DNA from: Octopus sinensis
Lineage: Eukaryota
Direction: 5' to 3'
Assembly (NCBI RefSeq): GCF_006345805.1
Contig: NC_043008.1
Coordinates: 39,618,001-39,682,000 of the forward strand
Length of the DNA stretch: 64,000 nt
Shown here: piece by piece, positions 52,610 to 64,000 of the stretch
Position numbering within the stretch: position 1 is the first letter of the stretch
Layout of the letters: the number at the start of each line of letters is the position of its first letter
Position numbers and translations under genes: made by a program
The notes under the pieces: generated by a model
Told to the model about the DNA's origin: nothing
The model's input: the letters and a program-made list of their open reading frames with translations, nothing else
Database searches by the model: none

Positions 52610-53150
52610 ACTCGCTAGCTTATTGCATGGATCGTTTCTAAAATCTCATAATATGGTCTCACAATCCTGGATTTTGAACTCTCTCAGAATGTTCAAAATT
52701 ATTTGTGATATAACTTAGCTGAGATTAAGCATTGGTAACTGGGAAATAGAAAAAAATACAGTCAGAGAACAACCAATTGTAAAAGTCAGAATAAATCGAA
52801 CTATTTCCAAAATTATAGTCTATTATATCAACTGCTTGTCACCGTTCTTTATCCTTCGCATCCTAAATCTGAGGAAATTAAACGTTGGATATAGTCTAGG
52901 AAAAATAAAACGAGAAATAGGTATTATTTGCCATTTATTGGTGGTCTAAAGATACACAGCAAAGCTGGGAAGAAGTCGGATATTTTTGTCAGTAAAGGGA
53001 GAGTATTTGGTAATGACATCAGAATACAATTTGGCATTTCTAAGTGTAGGATAAAAGTGATGAAGTGAGGGAATTGCAATAAAAGTGACAGAATAAATTT
53101 ATCGAACGCCTAAAAGATACAGAAAGGGAAGTATTGGAAGAAAAGAAGAG
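52610..53150 (+). mobile_element. Degraded reverse-transcriptase segment of an R4/Dong-like LINE
   Basis: Across frameshifts: LIAWIVSK / KSHNMVSQSWILNSLRMFKI (KAYDMVPHSWILECL), VRINRTI, CLSPFFIL..LRKLNVGYSLGK, ICHLL, GGLKIHSK (DDLKLY), VFGNDIRIQFGISKCRIKVMK*G. RT motifs are in the right order. Confidence 0.75.
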
Positions 53151-53658
53151 ATGAAATTATTGATACTATACAAACACTTGACCATGTGGATTGCACAATC
53201 TTCCACATATTGGGGGAATTTCAACTAGATCCTGTCACAGAATCTCCTAATGCAAGATCATGCTTCTTACCGAGAGTAATTGTCCTCTCCTATATATTTG
53301 TATTTGGCTTACAGGTGAATGCTTAGAGATGTTGAGCCCCATCAAACTATTTTCTCCATAAAAACCCCTCTTTGTTATATTCCTTAGAATAAAGCACTTT
53401 CCTTCCACATTCAACTTTCTGTGCATGCGGAACGTGAAAAATATCAATGAGGGCTTCATTGAAGAGAGTGTAGTTAGTTTTTTCAGCGTCGTTTACCACA
53501 GATCTTCGCTATGGTTACCAGATATCATGAATTTGCCTACTTTGCCCTATTAAAAAAGAACACCGTGTTACTGTTCGCAATGGATTTGTTCAAAGTAGGG
53601 TCCGCTCCAAAAATAGCAAAAGCTAATTTCACTTTTTAAAGTAACTGCTTTCTGTACA

Positions 53659-54554
53659 TTAGTTGTAGTCATATCTATCATGCAAGTAATATCTAATTAT
53701 GATTTTTGATATAGGCACATGTCCTGAAATGTGAAGCGTGAGAATAGTAGTCTCCAGTTCCAGATTAGCATGATTGTATCAACCCACAATTGATGATGAG
53801 CAAAGTTGAATGAAATATGGTAATATATTATGAATCGTTTCTGATTTAGGTAGAATGTTAGCTATGTTAATGGTACTGATTTGACTGCTACTTTATTTTG
53901 TCGATACTAGAGATTTGGAGACATATTTGGCCTCAGCGAAATTTGAGCTGATAAAGTTAAGAATTTGAACAAATACCCAGAGGCATTTTCTATGGTACAG
54001 AAAGTTTCTACCAATCCAACATCTTTGAGGGTATTAAATGATATTATCAATATCGCAAGGGACGTAAGTAGTAATATAATTTGTGGTAACATTCTCCTCC
54101 TCAACATCCTGATCAGCATCATCACCACCATCATCACCATCATCAACAGCAGCAACATAAGTAACACAGGAGCAACAGTATCAGTGGTTATTGTTTTTGC
54201 AGCAAACATGTCTTCCAGCTCCAATGCAGAGTTATCGAGTGTACAGAATCTAATTCTGAATTTTATTTTCCGATAACAGAAGACGATATCTCTATTCTAA
54301 TTTGTAATTCCTAAAAATTATTCTGTCGCATAAACACGAGCTTAAATTAGAATGCTAATGAAGGTACATTCGATAAATTTGACCTGAAATATATCAATTG
54401 GGAGATATCAACAGCACAGTTTCATCAATTTGATATCCAATAATAACGCCTTCATTTACACTTGATGCTTCATTAGCTAACGCCCCGAAAAATGATTTAA
54501 TAGATCAATATAGTGATAAGTCGATATCACATGATCAATATATTGAATATTCAT
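53659..54554 (-). mobile_element. Probable Polinton/Maverick (adintovirus-like) major capsid protein gene relic
   Basis: Minus-strand segments in order: MNIQYIDHVISTYHY, SSVNEGVIIGYQIDETVLLISPN*YISGQI, NNF*ELQIRIEISSSVI, LNFISSNFAEAKY, ILPKSETIHNILPYFIQLCS, NLELET, YYLHDRYDYN*. By eye these parallel Polinton MCP motifs (...YIEGKL, IRYEI, LNF..N.FA..Y, DCS, RLEFET, LILHDR...YN). Multiple stops and frameshifts. Confidence 0.55.
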
Positions 54555-55384
54555 AGGTGGACAATAATCAATTCATAACCACGTTACGGAAGGGAGAGAG
54601 AAAGATAAAAAGAGAGAAGGTAAGAGAGGTTGCCAGAGACAACAATATCTTCCAGGGAATACCTTCTGGTCATTTAGGCGAACGGAGACGATGGAGAGAA
54701 ATACAAGCCGATTCCAAAATTGGTTTACGCTAATTTTATAAGAAAATTTTAAATATAGATATAGGCCATTACAAGTACCTGTTGACAACATCATCGAATG
54801 AGGAGGAGAGCGAACAAACAAATCTCACACTTTTCTGTCTGTGTATATGTTACTGTAAATCTAATTGTTATTATTGTTGTTTAGTACTAAGCTATATCTA
54901 ACTGATCAGGGTTATGGTCAATAACATTCGAGTTTGATCATGCTGGATTTTTATATTTTCAGATTCATTCTTCAATGTATTATGCTATTTTGAAGGTTAT
55001 ACAGATAATATGGTATATGGCTGTTATTGTTAGCCGTTTGTGCGATTTCTGGGTGAGCCTCACTAACTAGTGTTTGTTATTCAAAGCAAAGTTTTCTTTT
55101 TCTTTCCATTAAGTTTACAAGTCAGCCCAAAAGATATATCGATATGTCTTTATGCAAACGTTGAACTGTTGAAAGGGCAATATTTTGTCTCAGACAAACT
55201 TGCGTAAAGGACGCGTTAAAAAAGAAAGAGCTCGCTTTGACATGTGCGTAGTCTGCGAGCAACTTTCGCACATTCAATTGAATGATTCTTTTATCGATTT
55301 CTATAAATGTAGGACACATGTAAAACGCTGCAACATGTTTTTTTTATTCACCCTAAGGCAGCTACGTTCTAGAGTAATGATCAT

Positions 55385-55764
55385 TTGCCAACATAACATG
55401 ACAGTCCTGGTGTAGGACAAATGTTGCTGTAATTTAGCCCCAGGAGAATCGTCTCCATCTGGCTATATGACACGATCTGTGTCCTTACATTTTCGAACTA
55501 GGGCATTTAGCATCCCCACTCAGCTCAAAACGATATCTGTGTATCACGATTTCCGGGTCATTTCCCTTCATCAGCACAGAACAGTTTTTCCTGTTCAAAT
55601 ATAAAGTTTTCAAAGTGACAACTAGTCACTGATTTTTAAAATAAAGAAAGATTACTATTTATAAACCTCTCAACGAGAGATATTCAGCAACAGTACTCTA
55701 AAGTAAAAATCAATTGCCAACAAAACATGGCAGTCCTGGTTTAGGACGAATTGAACCCCAGGAG
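55385..55764 (-). mobile_element. Retrozyme-like repeat: ~329-nt unit with terminal direct repeat and internal hammerhead
   Basis: TTGCCAACA.AACATG.CAGTCCTGGT.TAGGAC.AAT...CCCCAGGAG occurs at 55385 and 55714 (offset 329). The hammerhead motif lies between them. Confidence 0.7.
55537..55579 (-). ncRNA. Type I hammerhead ribozyme, near-intact
   Basis: Minus strand: CUGUG CUGAUGA A GGG-AAAUGA-CCC G GAA AU-CGUG-AU A CACAG. Perfect 5-bp helix I, canonical core, AUA triplet; an A.G mismatch closes helix II. Confidence 0.72.
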
Positions 55765-56450
55765 CTACGATCTAGTCTCTCAGTATGTTTGTCTTTCATC
55801 TATAGTGGAAATAGTGCAACCATTTCCTGAAGTCGTTTGTACTGAGTTTTGTAATGGATACCTTCCCAATATTTAATTATTACTAATCAGTAGATATATC
55901 CATTATAAAAATAAAACAATTTATATGAGCATTTGCTCTTCACATATACATTCGCTGTAATACTTGGATAATTAATGTTTGCAGCGATTTTAATTTAATA
56001 ATTAGACCAAATATTCTGTAGAGTTATCCTGATAGCTCTACGTATAAATAATATTATGAATTAAACTAATGATTATTATGGTGGCATTTCCTTATTGCAG
56101 CAATTATGGATGCACAGAAATGCTACTTAAGGATTTAACATTAATAGTCAACAATAAATGAAATATATGGAAGTAATTTGCAAGTGGCACTCTTAAATCA
56201 AAAGCTCGAATCTGAAGTGCTTCGAATGTAATCATACAAGAGCTCGTATCTCAAGAACTTCCGCATGATATCAATGATGCTCGCTTGTTTCTCCCAACCA
56301 TAACGATATAATAATTCACATTTACGTGTATGTCGAAATCTAAATGTTTTTAAATATCAATGACTCTACCCACAACATTTTATATACCTAATACCTATAT
56401 ATTTGTTTGTGTGTGCGCGTGCGTACATACACACACGTGCATATATATAT

Positions 56451-56730
56451 ATACTTTATAATTAGGGTTCAGCAAAGATTTGCTTTACCACATACCGAAG
56501 TTTAGAAATAGCAGCCAAAGAACCTTAGCTATTTCCTCTACTTTAAAAACAGACTCTCGGAAAAAACAAAGTACTCGAAAACAATCCACTCAGATAGAGA
56601 GAGTACATTGTTTTTTTTTTTCGGAAGTCTCTTTTTAAAGTAGAGGAAATAGGTAAAGTTCTTTGGCTGCTATTTCTAAACATCGGTATGTGGTAATGTA
56701 AATCTTTGCTGAACCCTAATTATAAAGTAT
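56451..56730. repeat. 280-bp foldback (~127-bp imperfect arms)
   Basis: ATACTTTATAATTAGGGTTCAGCAAAGATTT...CCACATACCGA.GTTTAGAAATAGCAGCCAAAGAAC.TTA.CTATTTCCTCTACTTTAAAAA and its reverse complement ending at 56730. Confidence 0.92.
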
Positions 56731-56832
56731 TACTTAAGTTTACCGTGAAATGGTCCTTTTTCATGCCGAATTCTACTTGGTGAAATTATTGATTACTAGT
56801 TAATTAATTAATTTTACTCTTTGTTATTATTG

Positions 56833-56870
<38 letters not shown>

Positions 56871-56874
56871 CATA

Positions 56875-57680
56875 CAGGGTGCGGTGAAATTACTCAAAAG
56901 GAAAATAATACTTACAACTCATCTTAACAGATACATTTACCAAAATTACATAAAATATATCTTGAAATACTAAATAGTAAATTTATTGAATAAAGTAGCC
57001 ATTGGCTTCAATCAAGACCTCCAGACGAGTTCGTAATCTACAGCAACTCTTTTGGACGGTCACTGTTTAAACTGGTGAATGCTGACATAATCATTGCCTT
57101 CAGTCCATCAGTGGTTTTTCAAGGAGTTTTGTTGGTCTCCTGCTTAACTGCGCCCCACACGTAGTAATCAAGATGTTGCAGTCTGGGGAGTTTGGTGGCC
57201 AGATGTTACGGCCAGATGTGATCACAGAAAATGTCTGAGAGACATGACATGTTTCTCCTGCTTGTGTGACATGGTGCAGAGTCCTGTTGCTAGACATAGG
57301 GTCTTCCAGTAGCCACCGTTTGGAACCAAAACAGCACTACTTCCTGCAGGCATCTTATGTTGGCCTCCGTGTTGGTTCTGAGACAGTGTGGGAATATGAA
57401 GTTTACTGGATGTTTGATTTTTATAACTCTCGATCCATATCCTCAAATTGCATTGTTCAGATTAATACTTGAACACTCTGAACTGTTCGTATTGGAGATT
57501 CTGGTGTGAATGTCAAGCAGCACAGCATGTCGTTTCCAAATTTCTCACAGAGTGAATTGCATTTTTCTCACAGATAGTGGTCAACTGACCCTACTATAGT
57601 GTGTAATCGACCAAACCAGAACTATGTTCATTGTGCGCAATAAAATCATAGGAGGGCGACAATTTAACCATCGCATCTTG
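56875..57680 (-). mobile_element. Tc1/mariner DD37D (maT-like) element, internally deleted, TA-flanked
   Basis: TA|CAGGGTGCGGTG... at the left end and ...CATCGCATCTTG|TA at the right. Minus-strand relic QQDSAPCHTSRR...NIWPPNSPDCN/LDYYVWGAV..ETNKTP. Same family as 10198-11070. Confidence 0.88.
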
Positions 57681-57690
57681 TATCTATCTA

Positions 57691-57737
<47 letters not shown>

Positions 57738-57881
57738 TATATATATATATTATATATATATATATATATACATATATATGTATGTAAATATATATATATT
57801 ATATACATACATATATATATATGTATATACATATATATATATAATATATATATATGTATATTAAACGTGACTCTGTATATA

Positions 57882-58200
57882 GAGCCGGGCGTGGCTGTGT
57901 GGTAAGAACCACATAGGTCTCTGTTCACTCCCACTTTGGCAAGAATCTTTCACTGTAACCGAATGAATACCAAAACTTGTGAGTGGATTTGGCAGACACA
58001 AAATGAAAGAAGTCCGTCGCATATATGTGTGCGCATTTGTGTATATGTGTGTTTTTATGTTTGTGTTTGTGTATAACACATACCGTCGATGGCTGTGTGT
58101 TTATGTTCACGTAACGTGGCGGGCAAGAGAGAATGATTGAACAAGTACGACCATTCATTAAGTCGGTGCCCTAGCATTGCAGCAGCCTGATAGGTAAAAC
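57882..58200 (+). mobile_element. SINE family D, degraded near-full-length copy
   Basis: GGCGTGGCTGTGTGGTAAG.ACCACAT...CTTGTGAGTGGATTTGGCAGAC..AAATGAAAGAAGTCCGTCG...GGTGCCCTAGCATTGCAGCAG. Confidence 0.75.
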
Positions 58201-58889
58201 TAGTCAGAGATTTTATGTATATGTGCGTGTGCGTGTATATGTAACCCATATTATTACACCTACATACTAACCATTATCAATTATATAATCCTACATATAT
58301 CCAGAAACATATTCACACATAGACATCAAATATATAAAGGTCAGATTTTCATTGCAAAATAGGTTTCTGTTATAAAATCAAATGTAACACATTCCGGACA
58401 CAGTGAAATAATTTCTCACATCAACATAGCCTGAATTTCGTATTTTCATATACCTACATTAGGTAAAAAGTTGTCTGATTAAATTTTTTGGTTAAACACA
58501 CTTAGAAATATCTATAAGTTCGTGCTTGTCTATCGCCCAAATCAATTAGTCCAGTAAATCATACACGATTACAATACTTTCATACCATAAATAAAACACA
58601 AATTATATTTAATATTGCAAAGTGATATTAATACGATTTATTTGTTGACGCAATTTAATTTCTGATTTTTTTACTGTGTAATGTCATTTCCTTTATTTTT
58701 ATAATATTAAGGATGCCATTGAGTTGACACATTAGAAAACACTTCAGAAACCATTGGCTATAATTTTTTTAACAAACTAATCTCTAAATTGTATCAGCTG
58801 TAGATCACAGTCGAGAGTAATACAACTTTATTTTAAAACGGATGTTTCTGTGTATTATTTACGAGTTCTTTTTTCCTTTCCCTCTCTCT

Positions 58890-59705
58890 TCACAACTCTA
58901 CTGTCTTTAGTAATGTGGCGTGGTGGTGGGTGTTACGCTTCCTTTCATGTTCTCTGTTGAGGCTCGGTCTGTCTACTTTTATGCATGTAACTTCTGTAAT
59001 CTTTCTAAGCGTCGTGTCAGTTCTATGTGTCGATAGTACTTTAACCTCTATGCTATTAATCGAGCCTCTACGTTCTACCTGGGAATGCTGGTAGAGCACT
59101 GACGAGCTTTTCCCTTTTTTGAGCTCTCGCTAATGGCCACCTTTACGCTCTCCTATGCTACGTGCAGTCTCTCCAATATAGATAGTTGTCATGTTTCTGC
59201 ATCATCCTCAGTACATCGTAAACTATGCATTACATTCCTAAACTTACAGTTAACGTGTGGGTTCATCCTACATACAGCACAATTGTCCTCCGTACAGGAG
59301 AACATATCAAATTGAGAGCTATTGCAAACCAGGGATTTTAAAGGAGTATCAGGCCTCTCTACAACTTTAATTCGTTGACTAACCTTACTTAATGTTTTTA
59401 TAAAAAGGTGTGCTAGTTTGCCGTCATGGATAGCATGAACAAACATGACTCTCAGGTATTTTTTGTTGTCATGCCAAATGTTGGCCTTATTTATCTTATT
59501 AATGGTTCTTTCCATACTGTTACAGGATTAGAACCTTATAGAGGGCGGATCTCCTGAGCATAACTCTCTATGATGGCTTTGTACTTAGTCCTGGCTCCTT
59601 TGTATACTCTAATCCTGTCCCTTTGTTTGTAGCCAGAAAACTGTATGCGGTGGATGAAGTCTTTCCTATGCTCTTTAAGTCTCCTATCCCACCACACCGT
59701 AGCGT
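58890..59705 (-). mobile_element. Penelope-like retroelement relic (RT thumb region plus GIY-YIG endonuclease), 5'-truncated
   Basis: Consecutive minus-strand frames: DFIHRIQFSGY...IRPL; NIW...VMFVHA...RIKVVERPDTPLKSLV...CTEDNCAVC...NCKFRNVMHSLRC; IYIGETARSIGERKGGH; LYQH...VKVLSTHRTDTTLRKITEVTCIKVDRPSLN. This is the PLE C-terminal architecture with the YIGET..R..EH-type motif. Confidence 0.85.
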
Positions 59706-60944
59706 ATTTAGGATATGAAAATGAAGCAAAATATAAAATCATAATTAATAGACTGTGTATGCATTTTCATAAATGCTGACGAAATATACTCCCAAATATC
59801 GCTAAAAATACAACCCACCAATAGTACACTTGATAAACAGAGAAATTCTATTTCTATGCATTTGTCTCCAGGAAGAAACTCGAATACCAAACAAGCCATT
59901 AGTAGCTACAACGGTGTGAACAGAGAAAGCAGAGAACCTAGTAGCGCAAAATGAACAGTAGAAGCCCATGCCCCCACACCGTCCCACCAATAATTTGCAT
60001 GCAACATAAATTACAAATACTGAGATGGAATCGGTACAAACTACTAGACATATAAACCATTCATGCGTATAAAAATATACAGAGGACTTGAAGAGTAAAA
60101 TGTTAATTCAATTAATGTGCGCTCATTAATACGTGTAAATACTTCCTTTATGCACATAGCAAATCGCATTCACATCAGCCGAACCAAATCTAAAAAGCAT
60201 CTGACCATAACAATGAAACGACTCTTACATTATCAAAAGCCAAATGCAAGACCAAAGGCGGAAAAAAACGTAGCCTTTCCCATAAACAGTTGAGAAAGTC
60301 AATCAACAATATTATAATGCATGTGATAGCATAAAATTCTTCGGAGCCGATACACAATAAAACAAAGCCCTTTCATTTTCATACAATTAATGGGAATAAA
60401 ATAAAAATAACATACATACTCAATTATACGACGATAAAATACATTCTTTACACACAAAGAGAAAAAAAATGTTTCAGCAGATATGCTTAAAATATTACAA
60501 TAAATGCATAAAATATAAACAAAATATTTAAAGAACTAGTAGATTGGGAAATGGTCTAAGCAGAAATCATAAACTGAAACGTTAGAAAAAGGCATTGCCA
60601 ATGAAAGAGATAGATACGAATAGGATGTTAATATAAAGGAACATAAAAGCAGAAACAGACAGACAAACATGGATAAAGAGAAAAGAGCTCTAATGAAAAA
60701 CAAACAAAACAAACCGAAACACACAAGAATGCGGAAAAGAGTAATACAGTACAATAGCTCTTTTGTACCTGACGATTGGTGTTGCGTGCAACACTACTTT
60801 TTACAAAATAAATGAATTCAATAAAGCATATAAAACATTTATGTTGAGTACTCTCTTCCTCATTCGTCAAGACACAGTATCTTTACACCTTTTACAAATG
60901 CATTCATACACATCGAAATACATCGTCTCTGATACTCTCCCTCT

Positions 60945-61411
<467 letters not shown>

Positions 61412-63926
61412 TTTGTACTTCCGTTTACGTTTCAGTCGTTTATACGATACCAGTGAAAACTGAATCCAGTATACGCATTTTAATGACGTCGTCGTCTGAA
61501 GTACAAAATATATTCATTCATTCTGTATTGGGATTATAACACATATGCAGCTTTACAGGCGTTCATTGTTAAAGAGATATTTGCATGTATGTAAGTGTAT
61601 AATTGGGCTAATGTAAGTAATTATACAAGCGAACACAATTAGGATGTGTCCGTGTGTATATGTGCATTCAAGTGTGAATGAATGCATGTTTATTTCTACA
61701 TATGTATGTATACATGTGTGCATCTATCAATTCCTGTCGTATGCCTTCTGTCCCTCCAGTTATCTCTCCCTTCTCTCTCTGTCTCGTTCTCTTTCTATCT
61801 CTTTTGCTATATCTCGTTTCACATATACATATGTTTGTAATCGTGTGCACGCACGTACGTAGAAATATTTCAGAGCCATGTTGTCTTTGCTCTCTCTCCT
61901 TCTCTTTCTTTCTCTCTCTCTCTCTCTCGCTCTCTCTCAGTCTCTCTGTCTCATCTTGCCTCTCTTGCGCGCACGTGTGTTTGTGAGTGACTGTATGTAT
62001 AAGTGTTTGTGCAAACGCCGCGGTTAATTGAAATTCTTTGCATTTGTGCCACTTTGTATATTGAATATATGTATCAATATCTCACGTATGTGCTTATGTG
62101 TGTACGATCCTATCACTGTGAGTTTAGTACACCAAAAGTTTTATTTCAACGTCAAACAACGTCTCGGGGGCATTATTGTAAGAATATATAAACGTGTATG
62201 AAACGCAACTGCCAATATTGCCTGGGAATTTGAAGTTTACAATCATTTAATATATGGTACACAATTTGATATACGCTTCACGTTGAATTCTCTACCAAAT
62301 ACCTTATCTTTTTCTCTCTCAGAGGAATTATCTTATCTCCAATACAAATTTTCTAGTGCCAATAATTCTTTTGGTGAATGTCTCCTTCTTACATGCTTCA
62401 TATTTACACGCTACAAACTTTGTGTTTCTGCTCTCTTTCTTAATTCTATTTTATGTAACATTTGTATGTATTAAATTACCTACGTTCATGTAAAAGTACG
62501 CTTTCAGTATCGTGTAATAAACTAAAACTCTGAGAAATGTTTACAAATAATAAAATATTCTAAGCAGTTCGCATGGTCACCTCACATATATAATATTGCC
62601 AAAATTTTACCATATTTATTTCGCATTTTTTAAAGTTGTAAGTTAGTGGATCTATTTGAGTTGGTGAAATACTGAAAGAATCACGAAGGTAAATCCTTTA
62701 ATTTTGAAATAAGATGGAAAATAGTCAAGAATTTATCAAATATTAAGGGATGATGTTAAACGTGTACAAGACAACATTTTTTCGAACTATATTTCTGTGA
62801 AAAAATGAAGAAATCGTGTTTATTTCAAATCTTATGAAAAGTGATACTTTTGTCTATATATGAAGAATGGTATAGCTAACGTTTATGGAATTTATAGCAT
62901 TGATACCAACCGTAAGACAGTTCGAATGTTCTCTATGTTAAAATGCCATTATACGGTTCTAATTTGCAAGTAATAAACCAGTATGAAAGATTTGTTCCAC
63001 ACAGTGTATTTCTCACATGCCTAGATCATAAACCTTATCAAAAAGAAAAGCATTCTAGAATTTAGCAAAATAATACCACACATACACTTCAATACGTAAC
63101 TCATAAATGAGTTTTTCTCACGTTTCATTAATTCTATTCCGTCTATTGTGATATCAGCCAATCAGTTTGTGGAAAAGTGAATATCTCTTTTACTCGAATT
63201 ACTCCAATTGAGATATAGTTTTTATTCTATAAGTATCACGTGTTTATTTGCATTTAGAAACCCTATACTTAATTATTCGTCATTCTTCTGCAGAACTGAC
63301 TTCTCTACAGCCCATTTCTTAGCTATTGCCCTTAACAATTTACATACACATTTAAGAAGAATAACCCAAAAGTGAGGGCGCTAGCATGACTTTTACATCG
63401 AGAAACTTATAAACATAGAACTCCGCGCAAATTTACACGTACAGTTGATTTAACTAACTATGCAAACAAATGTATTTTCGATATTCCACAATAGCACATA
63501 TCCTATTTGGTATCTGGTATTATGCGTTCACATGCAAACAACTATCTCAAATTATATTACGAGGCGTTGAAATTACACTGCACTTTCAGATATATCAACA
63601 GCCAAATTTTCCTACCCTTGTCCATTCAAATCTTTCCAGGATAAGTAAATTGAATATTTTGTGAGCATTTCAGTAGTTTTAATTGACTCTGTCCTACTCT
63701 TAAGCACTGTGATCGTATTCTATTGTTAGCAAACTGACCTTTTATCGTTCTAAAGATATAAAGTAAATATTTTGATTTACTCTATATTCCACCGTAAATA
63801 TTGTGATAATATTCTATTTTTGAAAACAATGTCAGCTGCAAAACACATTAAAATAAATATGAGTAACAGACAGTTGACAGTTTTGTATATTTACCATATT
63901 TTTCTGAATATTAATCATTATAATTC

Positions 63927-64000
63927 TAGTGTTTAAGAGCGAGGGCTACTAACCCCAAGATACCGAGTCCGATGGCAGGCTGTGAACTGAATAATAATAA
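63927..64000 (+). mobile_element. Short tRNA-like SINE fragment with (TAA) tail
   Basis: TAGTGTTTAAGAGCGAGGGCTACTAACCCCAAGATACCGAGTCCGAT: A-box-like segment, anticodon-like hairpin GGG-CTACTAA-CCC, degenerate B box, then ATAATAATAA. Confidence 0.5.

Noticed and set aside
53907-54090. Signal-peptide-like MLPQIILLLTSLAILIISF ORF
   Set aside because: It lies within the tract better explained as a capsid relic in another frame, and is preceded by a low-complexity patch.

Overview
This is AT-rich, microsatellite-saturated eukaryotic DNA. The tRNA-derived SINE families and overall repeat make-up resemble an octopus (coleoid cephalopod) genome; that is an inference from repeat content, not a database result. 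No intact host protein-coding gene can be supported, and almost every ORF in the supplied track is a simple-repeat or transposon artefact. The window contains: (1) four tRNA-headed SINE families, three insertions with clear target-site duplications; (2) relic DNA transposons, namely one DD34D mariner and three DD37D/maT-type copies; (3) relic non-LTR retroelements, namely R4/Dong-like RT and 3' ends and a Penelope-like RT-thumb plus GIY-YIG fragment; (4) a probable Polinton/adintovirus major-capsid relic; (5) a few unassigned exon-like segments. The most interesting signal is a dispersed set of type I hammerhead ribozyme motifs in short non-coding repeats. One has a fully canonical core (50071-50156), one is near-intact inside a ~330-nt direct-repeat unit (55537-55579), and others carry U4C or compensatory U3-A8 cores. 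Several sit as back-to-back inverted pairs that form long hairpins abutting (TA)n. This looks like a retrozyme or Penelope-pseudo-LTR-derived system. All alignments, folds and family assignments were made by eye.
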